Assembly: GCA_050012755.1 (NCBI GenBank)
Contig: JBEKGO010000001.1
Span: forward strand, 32,001 to 96,000
Reading direction: 5' to 3'
DNA length: 64,000 nucleotides
From: Candidatus Bathyarchaeia archaeon
GTDB taxonomy: Archaea > Thermoproteota > Bathyarchaeia > Bathyarchaeales > Bathycorpusculaceae
The notes beneath the pieces are model-generated. The model was not told the origin of the DNA and searched no databases. It saw nothing but the letters and a program-made list of their open reading frames with translations. Made by a program: the position numbers and the translations under genes. Below are positions 37,896 through 46,775 of the stretch, in pieces. How positions within the stretch are numbered: position 1 is the first letter of the stretch; each line of letters starts with the position of its first letter.

Positions 37896-39578
37896 TTAAG
37901 GTGCTGATGTTTTGGCTTGTAGGACAGCCCTCTTAGTAATATCTTCCGTTAGCATACCGATTAGATGACCGTTTTTAACCATAAAAGCCCGTTTCATACC
38001 TTTCTCGTTCATCAGTTTCATGGCTGAAATCATGGATTCTTCTCCATGCAATACTATGAGCGGCGTGTAGTTGAGGTCTTTGACTAGTGTCTTCTTAGGG
38101 TCCTTGTGCTCTTCGACTATGTCTCTTAAAATGTCTTTGTCATTTATTACTCCAATTGGCTGATGGTTCTCAATTATTAAAACAGAAGCAACTCCATTTT
38201 GAAGCATTTTATTGACCAGTTTAGTTACTGTTTCGGAGATTGATACTTCAACTGAGGGAAGTTTAGTGCCGGCTTGGTCGCTGATTTCTGAAATATCGAT
38301 GCCTCTCTTCCAAATATCGTTAAGCATTTCGCTTACTCTTTCAATCTGACTAGGATCAGTAGAGTACATTGTATCAACCAAAGAGAGCGCGGATTCGGTC
38401 TCAAAATCGCTCAAGGGCGGCATCTTGAACATGAAGAGGTATTTGTTGTCAACAAGCATCATTGTCAGATAACTGATTGGCACATGCTTGATTTCATAAT
38501 TTGCTGAAAGTTTTTGTGCTGGCTCAAGATTGTCAAGGTCGATTGACGCCATTATTCTAACATCTAAGTCTTTATTTAGGTACTTTACTAATGGGTCATT
38601 TTCAGCGAGACGGCTGATGCTTTGGGATGTTGTAATTAGAACAATTTCTTTTTTTGCAGATTCCAGAACCTTTGTCACTTTGTTCCAAGCTTCGTCAGCG
38701 TCTTTGATAACCAATGTTTCGCCTATGGGTATTCCAGTTTTTAGCTCGTCAATTCGTCTTGAAGCATCAATTCCGCTTTGCCACATTTGAACAAAAAAGG
38801 CTTTCAGAACCGAAATGAACATTTTATCGTTAATCCATAAACCTTCATCTTCCAAATTCAAAACGGATGCTTCGTTGCCGAAGGGAGCATACAGCATAGC
38901 TTCTTCTTCATCTTTAATTAGAAAGCGTGGGAAAAATTTGGAGCTCATGCCCACGTGGCGAAGCTTCATATTTAATTTTTCTTCAGCGATAGTACTATCT
39001 AGTCTCTCTGTAACTTTGAGGTTTTCATGGGAAATGTCAGTTATAATTTGAAATTGAACTTTTCTTTCTTGGGAAGAGACTGCAGCTGTATCAAAAATTC
39101 CAGCTATGTCTTCTTGAATTAGACCTAAAGCTGTTGTTAAAATTGTTACTTCAGTTTTTGATTCTTCAATCATGGATAGCATTTTTGAATGAATTTTCTT
39201 TTTTCCCGTAATAATTGAGAATTTAGCGACTGGATATTCAGATTCAGGAGCACTAATTGATTGCCAAGCCGTTAGCAGGCCTGATTTCTGATCGCTTAGG
39301 CTGGTAACTTCATTCTTTTTGGCGTTAATGAATTGGTCAACCAGTGCTTCAAAAGGAACAATCGTAAACCGCGTTGGCCTTTCCAATGTTGCTTCGATAA
39401 AGCCTTTTTCTTGCAGTTTTTTGAAAGTTCGGTACGCTTGTACCCGTTCCATCTTAAGTCTTTTAGCCACAAAGCTTGTTGATTGTACGCCGCTTTTGGC
39501 AAGAAACATGTAAACTTGTATTTCTCGCTTTGACAAACCGAGAATCTGAAGGAATTTGGTAACATCCTTTTCACTCAA
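37896..39578 (-). CDS. TrmB-family regulator with duplicated effector-like domains and C-terminal CBS pair
   Basis: LGLSKREIQVY...YRTFKKLQEKGFI...RPTRF TrmB HTH; two repeats each ending F..MW/L...W; GVINDKDI and GMLTED CBS motifs. Confidence 0.85.
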   Translation of the reverse strand: MSEKDVTKFLQILGLSKREIQVYMFLAKSGVQSTSFVAKRLKMERVQAYRTFKKLQEKGFIEATLERPTRFTIVPFEALVDQFINAKKNEVTSLSDQKSGLLTAWQSISAPESEYPVAKFSIITGKKKIHSKMLSMIEESKTEVTILTTALGLIQEDIAGIFDTAAVSSQERKVQFQIITDISHENLKVTERLDSTIAEEKLNMKLRHVGMSSKFFPRFLIKDEEEAMLYAPFGNEASVLNLEDEGLWINDKMFISVLKAFFVQMWQSGIDASRRIDELKTGIPIGETLVIKDADEAWNKVTKVLESAKKEIVLITTSQSISRLAENDPLVKYLNKDLDVRIMASIDLDNLEPAQKLSANYEIKHVPISYLTMMLVDNKYLFMFKMPPLSDFETESALSLVDTMYSTDPSQIERVSEMLNDIWKRGIDISEISDQAGTKLPSVEVSISETVTKLVNKMLQNGVASVLIIENHQPIGVINDKDILRDIVEEHKDPKKTLVKDLNYTPLIVLHGEESMISAMKLMNEKGMKRAFMVKNGHLIGMLTEDITKRAVLQAKTSAP

Positions 39579-39715
39579 TCAAGTAACCGCCGATTAGAAC
39601 AGTTATAATTGGTAGTAAGCGATGCAATTCCACATTTATATAACTACTGTCTATTTGTAGACGTTTTGTCAAACGACTTGACTACAACTGTGACGTTTTC
39701 GCGTTGACAAGATGA

Positions 39716-40378
39716 CTAAGCAAGCTTGTGCTGTAAAAAGCTGCGCTCGCTCTTTGCCTTTTTCGCCGGCTTCCATGACTTCCTAACAAAATCAGGATAA
39801 TCCTCATTTTTCTCCAGCAGCATTTTAAGAAAAACCATCGTTTTTTCATCTGTTAAATATCCGCTGCCGAAGTCGCCGTGTTCAAGCCTTAAGATTGCAA
39901 CTTCTCTGTCGCGCTCGACCTTAGCTATGATTGAGGCCGCTGAAACAATCGGATAAATCCTGTCAGCCTTATGTTTGGAAATGATCCTGGTTTCAATTTT
40001 TAAACATTCTTTAATATGGTTTCCAAAGCGATGTTCAACAGTGTCAGCCGCGTCAACGTATGCTTCGTCAGGCTTCAGAACTTCAATAACTTGAGCCATC
40101 GTTTGGGCCTCAAGCCTGTTCAGTTTGTGCAGTTTTCTGAGGCTTTCAACTACTTTATCAATTTGGTAGGGCATGACTTTTATGGTGTGATATTTTTCGA
40201 CTAATTGTAGAATTACTGGGTACAGGAGCTCACGTTTTTCAGCTGTAAGAAGTTTTGAGTCTTTGACGCCCAGTTCAGTCAGGATGGAGAGGTTTTCAGC
40301 TTTCATCAATACGCCAGCAACTACTAAAGGACCGATAACGCATCCTCGCCCAGCTTCGTCAACACCAGCAATCAACAT
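39716..40378 (-). CDS. rnhB: Ribonuclease HII
   Basis: GVDEAGRG, DSKLL, HKAD, SAASIIAK, GSGY. Confidence 0.96.
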   Translation of the reverse strand: MLIAGVDEAGRGCVIGPLVVAGVLMKAENLSILTELGVKDSKLLTAEKRELLYPVILQLVEKYHTIKVMPYQIDKVVESLRKLHKLNRLEAQTMAQVIEVLKPDEAYVDAADTVEHRFGNHIKECLKIETRIISKHKADRIYPIVSAASIIAKVERDREVAILRLEHGDFGSGYLTDEKTMVFLKMLLEKNEDYPDFVRKSWKPAKKAKSERSFLQHKLA

Positions 40379-40542
40379 TCTAGCTTTTCATCCTTAAACT
40401 ATCAATGCCCTAAATGTAATCTAAGCTATATTGCTTTTCCAAGAAATATTTTTAATTAAAAAGAAGAACTGCGAAGCAGAATGATATAAAATTTTTGATT
40501 CGGAAAGGAAGAGAGTAATTCTTGAAGTAGTGCTCTTTCGGA

Positions 40543-41241
40543 TCAGCTTCGTTGGGCAACTATCATGGCATGTGCCTTGTCAAAAGGCTCCAAATTCACA
40601 ACTTCTTTAACTTCAAAGCCTCTCTTCCGCAAAACATTCGCTTCCTGGCGATAAACATCATCAGGATACATGGTGACATCGATACTCTGCGATTTCACAG
40701 CAAGCATAACCCAACCGCCTGGTTTCAGGAAGACATCGGCGTTGTCAGCCAAAAGTTTTGCTTGTTCAGGCTGCGCCACATCACAGTAGATAGTATCTAC
40801 TTTGCCCGAGATGAACATGGCGTACCTTTCGGGCATCCGAGCGTCTTCCAACAGCGGGGAAATGTTAGGTCTGAAAGTTGCAACATTATTAACTAAATCT
40901 CGAATTGACCGCTGAGCAAATTCAACGCAGTAAACATATCCGCCTTCGCCCACAATGTCTGAAACATGGCTAGGAGTTGTTCCTGAAGCAGCTCCCAAAT
41001 AGAGAACTTTAGAGCCAGGCTCTATTGGCACATTTTGCAGACCTTTAATGATGGCAGCGGCTAATTTGCTTCTGAAAGCATCCCAAACACGATATTCAAC
41101 GCTTCTAAATTTAAGCAGCCGTTCACCATAAACGTTCAAGCCAGGAGTTAAATTGCGCGTACCTAGTCGTTGCGCGCCGTCTTCAAGGGTAACTTGGTAA
41201 ATTTCTTTGAATTTTGGATGCGGCCTAACCTTTACGGTCAA
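40543..41241 (-). CDS. flpA: Fibrillarin (box C/D 2'-O-methyltransferase)
   Basis: VYGE, RSKLAA, VLYLGAASGTT.SHVSD, DVAQP. Confidence 0.96.
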   Translation of the reverse strand: MTVKVRPHPKFKEIYQVTLEDGAQRLGTRNLTPGLNVYGERLLKFRSVEYRVWDAFRSKLAAAIIKGLQNVPIEPGSKVLYLGAASGTTPSHVSDIVGEGGYVYCVEFAQRSIRDLVNNVATFRPNISPLLEDARMPERYAMFISGKVDTIYCDVAQPEQAKLLADNADVFLKPGGWVMLAVKSQSIDVTMYPDDVYRQEANVLRKRGFEVKEVVNLEPFDKAHAMIVAQRS

Positions 41242-42533
41242 CGCCGTTCTCTTCTCCGATTCCTATCTCTATGCGGCCCACTATTGCTTCTGAAAGGTCG
41301 CCCTCCGCCTTCTCGTGGCCTGAATGGGCGTTCTCCAAATTGTTCCCTTCCTTCCTGTCGGGGTTTAGGTTCTTTTGGTGGCGGCGGCTCCTTGTATTTT
41401 TCACGGATTTCTTCTAGTCGCTTGTTTACGTCTGCTTTTAATCGGTCGCCGATGTAGTGACCCCCGAAAGCGTCAGCTCTGGCGGCAATTGCTAGTTTTC
41501 CAGCGATTACTCTTGCGATTTTTCCTCTTTGCCATCTTTTAGCGTCATGCAAAAGTGTATGCTGGAAGATTAGGCCGTGCTTTGGTGGTCGGGCACCAGT
41601 TTTTAGTGAACGGAAAAGTGCTTTTTCTGCGCCTAGAACCTGTATAGTGCTTGCTGGTCTCATGGCTAAATTCTGCAAACTGCCTGCGATAGCGATTAGT
41701 CGTGCTCCCAGAAGTGCACCTGCAACTGCCCGTACGTTGGGCGCCATCTCTTCCATAGTTCTGTCAACGTAATTATCCATATTTTTGCGGAGTTCATAAA
41801 ATGAAAGCACGTTTTTGGCTAATTCTTGTATCTGCTGTAGATCTCTTTCTGCGATGTCTGCGCCCATGGATGATTCAGCAGCTTTCGCAACCAATTGGGC
41901 TCGTTCTTTGGGGATATTTTCTTTCTCTAAGCCCTCAATTGTGTAGTTTTCTCTGTCGCCTAAATTCATGGCGAGTCTAGAGTAAGTTTCATGTTTCTCG
42001 ATCAAACGATCAAGCTCAGGGAAATACACTCCGTACCATTCTCTAAGTCTGCCCATGAATAAGTTAACAGTGCGGTCCAAATCATCTAACGTTTGTATGC
42101 CTTGGGCGACAATTAAGTCTCTTTTTTCTGAAGCTCCCTTGATTCGCAGTTTGGCAAGCTCCATGCTAACGTTGCGATTCCACAAGCTAAGTTCCGCTTC
42201 GTCATTGACAAAACCTGATTCAACAGCGACCTCATTCATACGGGAACGGAGAACTTCTGCTTCAGCGGGTTTTACAACTTCCACCGTCACATTCATTTTT
42301 CGCTGAACTTCTTCTGCCAAATTAGCTTTTTCGAAAACAAAAGTGTCATAGCCTGAACCTTTTAGAATTGAAATTAATGAGAAAACTTCATCAGACATTT
42401 TTCCAGCTTCAGCCTTAAGCAAGCTTCTTGCTGCAGCCTGTGGTTTTTTTGGAAACAGAACTTTTTCAACTAAGCTGTTTTTGTCGTCGAAAGCTGCTAT
42501 GCCAAACGGAAATTGAATTAGGAATGTTTTCAT
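41238..42533 (-). CDS. nop5: Nop5 (Nop56/58) box C/D RNP protein
   Basis: REWYG.YFPEL, SMG, PASTIQVLGAEKALFR, PPKHGLIF. Confidence 0.96.
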   Translation of the reverse strand: MKTFLIQFPFGIAAFDDKNSLVEKVLFPKKPQAAARSLLKAEAGKMSDEVFSLISILKGSGYDTFVFEKANLAEEVQRKMNVTVEVVKPAEAEVLRSRMNEVAVESGFVNDEAELSLWNRNVSMELAKLRIKGASEKRDLIVAQGIQTLDDLDRTVNLFMGRLREWYGVYFPELDRLIEKHETYSRLAMNLGDRENYTIEGLEKENIPKERAQLVAKAAESSMGADIAERDLQQIQELAKNVLSFYELRKNMDNYVDRTMEEMAPNVRAVAGALLGARLIAIAGSLQNLAMRPASTIQVLGAEKALFRSLKTGARPPKHGLIFQHTLLHDAKRWQRGKIARVIAGKLAIAARADAFGGHYIGDRLKADVNKRLEEIREKYKEPPPPKEPKPRQEGREQFGERPFRPREGGGRPFRSNSGPHRDRNRRRERR

Positions 42534-42800
42534 GTTTTGAGCCCCGATAAACTAAGTATTGTCACTGCTCTAACTTAATAAACCGTTATGTTGCCCTAAA
42601 TCGAAAGAACCGTATTTTTCATAGCTATTGAGAATTCTCGCTTTGTTTATTTGACAAACATATTGTTTTGAAGATTCGCAGGATGAAAGTCTAAACATCC
42701 AAAAAAGTAGGTTTAATCTTATTGGCGCGGATTTTTGTGCGTTTTTGTTCTTTGTGTTTTGGTTTGCTTTTTTGATTTGGGGCTTAAATTGTTTGCAGGT

Positions 42801-42840
42801 TGAGTCAAGAAAAGTCAAAATTCGTCAAAATAAGTCAAAG
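42801..42840 (+). repeat. Four GTCAA direct repeats at exact 10-bp spacing
   Basis: GTCAA at 42804, 42814, 42824 and 42834. Confidence 0.75.
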
Positions 42841-42923
42841 ATAGTGATGAATTGCATAAAAAAGTATTTGATGCCCCGTAAACAGAAGTTGAAAGGTTTT
42901 TATTACGTTAGTGCAATGTAGAG

Positions 42924-43814
42924 TTGATGTCTGGCAAACAGTTTTTCTTAGATCGCTACACTCAACTTGGCTGGAAATACGAAGAACCTAAGCCCAAGCT
43001 ATCCATCAGAATAAATCAAACCAATGCAAGAGCCAAAAAACTTCCTGAGCGTCTCCGCAGTTTAGGCGTTGAAATTCAAAAAATCCCATTTCTACAAGCA
43101 GGATATTGGATCGTTAGGTCCAAAGCTTCAGCAGGCGCCACGGCAGAATACCTTCTTGGAATGTACTCTATACAAGAAGCCGCAGCCCAAATTCCCGCCA
43201 CACTCTTCACAGCATTGCACAGCAAAATGGTGCTGGATGCCTCAGCAGCGCCCGGAGGAAAAACTGTTCAACTGGCCGATCTAATGGAAAACAGTGGAAC
43301 CATAACAGCATTAGACATAAACAAAGAGCGGCTATCAGTGATGGCGAACCATTTAGAACGATGCCACATCAGCAACACAGCGGTCTACAATTTAGACGGA
43401 CGGCAAGCCACAAAACTCAACCGTACCTTTGACCGCATACTTCTCGACGTTCCATGCTCAGGCAACTTTGCAGCTGATAGCGAATGGTTTAGCCGAAGAA
43501 CATTCGCAGACATAGAGCGAAACGCGAAGGTGCAAAAGGAAATTCTATCTGAAGCAGTAAAATGTCTCGCGCCGAACGGTGAAATAGTTTATTCCACCTG
43601 TTCTTTGGAGCCTGAAGAAGACGAATTAAACATTGATTGGGCAATCAAAAACTTAGGTCTAAAAGTTGAAAAAATTGATTGTTATGGCGTGAACGGGTTG
43701 ACAGAGGTTTTTGGAAGAAAACTTGATCCGCAAATCGCCTTTTGCAGAAGAATCTGGCCTGAGCAAACTCAAGGTTTCTTTGTTTGCAAACTAAAGAGGA
43801 CGGTTGCTCAATGA
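42924..43814 (+). CDS. NOL1/NOP2/Sun RNA m5C methyltransferase
   Basis: VLDASAAPGGKT, LLDVPCSG, YSTCS, GFFVC. Confidence 0.93.
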   Translation: MMSGKQFFLDRYTQLGWKYEEPKPKLSIRINQTNARAKKLPERLRSLGVEIQKIPFLQAGYWIVRSKASAGATAEYLLGMYSIQEAAAQIPATLFTALHSKMVLDASAAPGGKTVQLADLMENSGTITALDINKERLSVMANHLERCHISNTAVYNLDGRQATKLNRTFDRILLDVPCSGNFAADSEWFSRRTFADIERNAKVQKEILSEAVKCLAPNGEIVYSTCSLEPEEDELNIDWAIKNLGLKVEKIDCYGVNGLTEVFGRKLDPQIAFCRRIWPEQTQGFFVCKLKRTVAQ

Positions 43815-44284
43815 AGCCCTATGAAGTCTTTGCATCCAGATTCGGCAGTCGAGTAGCGTTTAACTCAGAAATGGTAAATGAAAAAAATCAACGGTATTAC
43901 CTCTTGAATCCGCGCCTGAAAACGATTTTGCAAAGTGACTATTATTATGCAGGTTTGTACCTAGGTAAAATAAAAAACGGCATGTTCTTTCCAAGCTTCA
44001 ACTTCCTAAATCTGCTTGTAAGTGCTGCAGCAAACAAAATTGTGGTTGATCAGAAAGCAGCTTGGCTGTTTATCTGTGGAAGAGACGTTTTTCGGGTTGG
44101 TATAGTGAAGGTTATGGGGTCTAAGCGGAAAGGCGATGCAACTTTGGTGCTTAATGAGTTTGGCGAATGCCTAGGGTTCGGCAAAATACTTGAAGATCTT
44201 GGAGCTTCTGAAGGGAAAATTGTTGTAAAGAACGTTCTTGATGTTGGGGATTTTCTGCGCAGGGAAACGAGGGGTAGGTTCTAG
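43811..44284 (+). CDS. NIP7-like PUA-domain ribosome biogenesis protein
   Basis: AGLYLG, AWLFICGRDV, LGFG, DVGDFLRRE; ATGA overlap with the NOP2-like gene. Confidence 0.8.
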   Translation: MKPYEVFASRFGSRVAFNSEMVNEKNQRYYLLNPRLKTILQSDYYYAGLYLGKIKNGMFFPSFNFLNLLVSAAANKIVVDQKAAWLFICGRDVFRVGIVKVMGSKRKGDATLVLNEFGECLGFGKILEDLGASEGKIVVKNVLDVGDFLRRETRGRF

Positions 44285-44449
44285 GTTTTCTGTAAGTAAT
44301 TTTTTTGTTACTTTGAAGGCGTCTGTCGCTTTAATTTAGATTTGAGGCTTTATGATTTTTTCTTAACCATTAAACATTCATTCAAACATTTCTGCGATAA
44401 ACTTATATATGTTTATGTTTTAAGTGGATTCTCAAACATATGAATTGAT

Positions 44450-45925
44450 ATGGTGAAAGTCATGGTGGATGAACAAGTAAAGAAAGCAATTGAAACTCTC
44501 AAATCAAATAATATTCGATGGGTGCATTCGGCATTTGTCGATGTCCGAGGAATCCTCCAAGATATGGTTCTCCCAGCAAGAGAATACCTAACCGGCACAG
44601 CCTTCACAGAAGGCATAGGCTTCGACGGATCCTCAGTACGCGGCTTCAAATCCATAGAAGAATCAGACATGATCTTTATGCCCGACGCAAAAACACTCTC
44701 AATCATGCCATGGGTAACTGATGAAGCACAAAAAAGTGCAATAATTTTGGGCGATGCCCAAGAAGCTTTCGGCGGAAAAGGAGCCTCTGTTACTTGCCCA
44801 AGAGGTTATGTAGCAAAAAGAGCCATAAAAGCAGCCAAAGATATGGGGTACACTGGAATTTTCGCTCCTGAACTTGAACATTTCGTTTTCTCCTCAATCG
44901 ACCCCACAAAATTAACGTGGGACCTTTGGGCGGCACCAAAAAGTGGTGAAGGAGATGCATGGGGTGCACCACGTGTCGTACCAGAATCACCCGAAATCAA
45001 ACCAGGCGGATACATCTTAAGACCCAAAGAAGCATACTACAGAACGCCCCCAGAAGACACAACTGTTGCATACAGAAACGAGGTCTCTCAAGTACTAGAA
45101 GATAACTTTGGATTAACAATTGAAAAGCACCACCATGAAGTAGCCACAGTGGGACAAGTTGAAATCGACTACAAATACGGTGAACTCCTTGAAACAGCAG
45201 ACAGAGCTCTGTTCTTCAAGTTTGTTGCCAAAAACATTGCGAAGAAGTATGGCTTAATCGCTACATTTATGCCTAAACCCATCTACCTTGACAACGCAAG
45301 CGGCATGCACGTTCACTCCAGCCTTTGGAAAGATGGAAAGAACATAATGTATGACGGAAAAGATGAGTACGCAGAACTAAGCCAAATTGGCAGGTACTAT
45401 GTGGGCGGAATCTTAGCCCATGCAAAAGCCTTGACCGCAGTGTGCTGCCCAACCGTAAGCAGCTACAAGCGGCTTGTACCAGGCTTTGAAGCGCCAATCT
45501 ATGTCATGTGGAGCAGACGTAACCGCTCATCCCTTGCAAGAATACCTCTATACTACAAAGGAGCAGGTTTTGCTGCACAGAAAAGAGTTGAATACCGCGG
45601 CGTAGATCCATCATGCAACCCATACTTGGCGTTCTCCTGCATTATGATGGCCGGTCTCGACGGAATCAAAAAGAAACTTGACCCAGGCGACCCAGTCGAC
45701 GAAGACGTTTACAAACTAAGCAAAGCAAAACGCAAAGAACTAGGCATCCAAGAACTCCCAACCACACTAAAAGACGCATTGGACGAAATGGAAGGCGACG
45801 AAGTCATAAAACAAACTCTCGGCAACCACATTTTCGACGCATTCATAGAGCTAAAAACAAACGATTGGAACCAATACTGCCTATATGTGTCACCTTGGGA
45901 AATAATGAAATACCTCGACTATTAA
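44450..45925 (+). CDS. glnA: Glutamine synthetase type I
   Basis: FDGSS, IEESDM, APELE, HHEVA, TFMPKP, SGMHVH, RLVPGFEAP, RNRS. Confidence 0.95.
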   Translation: MVKVMVDEQVKKAIETLKSNNIRWVHSAFVDVRGILQDMVLPAREYLTGTAFTEGIGFDGSSVRGFKSIEESDMIFMPDAKTLSIMPWVTDEAQKSAIILGDAQEAFGGKGASVTCPRGYVAKRAIKAAKDMGYTGIFAPELEHFVFSSIDPTKLTWDLWAAPKSGEGDAWGAPRVVPESPEIKPGGYILRPKEAYYRTPPEDTTVAYRNEVSQVLEDNFGLTIEKHHHEVATVGQVEIDYKYGELLETADRALFFKFVAKNIAKKYGLIATFMPKPIYLDNASGMHVHSSLWKDGKNIMYDGKDEYAELSQIGRYYVGGILAHAKALTAVCCPTVSSYKRLVPGFEAPIYVMWSRRNRSSLARIPLYYKGAGFAAQKRVEYRGVDPSCNPYLAFSCIMMAGLDGIKKKLDPGDPVDEDVYKLSKAKRKELGIQELPTTLKDALDEMEGDEVIKQTLGNHIFDAFIELKTNDWNQYCLYVSPWEIMKYLDY

Positions 45926-45965
45926 GTCGAGAAATTTCCATTTTCATTTCTCTTTTCATTTTTTT
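45926..45965 (+). terminator. Probable glnA terminator
   Basis: CTCGACT/AGTCGAG hairpin across the stop codon followed by T-rich tracts. Confidence 0.5.
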
Positions 45966-46087
45966 AGACCAAACAGATGGATTGTTACGGTTTCTTAGAA
46001 ACTGTCTGGACTAACGTTAAATTTAAATTCTCTACCCAATGCAATAGGTTCACTCTTGGATGAGAAGATTTAGGATTTGCAGTCTAA

Positions 46088-46681
46088 ATGTCTACTGAAC
46101 AGTTTACAGTGCAAGCGCCCTACAGCGTTTTCATAACTATTCTTGTAATAATTCTAATCGCCTTTGGTGTTGTTCTTATGTTATCGTTCTTTTTGGACAA
46201 ACTTGTGAGAAAACTATCGTCTATTTCTCTTTCTGGTGGAAAAACTGGCAATAGATACGTATATGCAACCATAGGGATAGTATTAATCGTATTGGCAGGT
46301 GGGTTATCTTATTATTGGTATGCGCCTTCAACGGTAACGGTTGGCTCTGGATACATAAACATACAATTTTCTGCTCTTTCACCCATCCCGTTTATTGGCG
46401 GTGAAAAAAATGTCACCTCAAACGAAATATCCAATGCTTTTGTCGGTCAGATAGGTTCAGGAGCCTTCACATTAAACAAGCAGTATGGAAACAATCTCGG
46501 CGATACCAATATAGGCGTTTTTACTCTTGGAAATGGAGCCACAGCTTACATGGCATCCACTAACTCTACCGACCTCATAATACAGCTGAAAAGCGGAGAA
46601 TACATAATACTGGGCACATCAAATATGAGCACTCTTGCAGCCAGCTTCTCACAGAACGTTTACCCATTAAAATCTCCCTAA
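46088..46681 (+). CDS. Hypothetical membrane protein (2 TM + beta-rich domain)
   Basis: Two hydrophobic helices then a Gly/Ser/Thr-rich domain. Confidence 0.75.
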   Translation: MSTEQFTVQAPYSVFITILVIILIAFGVVLMLSFFLDKLVRKLSSISLSGGKTGNRYVYATIGIVLIVLAGGLSYYWYAPSTVTVGSGYINIQFSALSPIPFIGGEKNVTSNEISNAFVGQIGSGAFTLNKQYGNNLGDTNIGVFTLGNGATAYMASTNSTDLIIQLKSGEYIILGTSNMSTLAASFSQNVYPLKSP

Positions 46682-46775
46682 GGTTTATGCCACTCAAATC
46701 TGCAGTTCTTTGATTTGTGAAAGTTTTTAAATAGGTACGGTACTATTTTCTAAATAATAGGACTGATCCTTTTTC

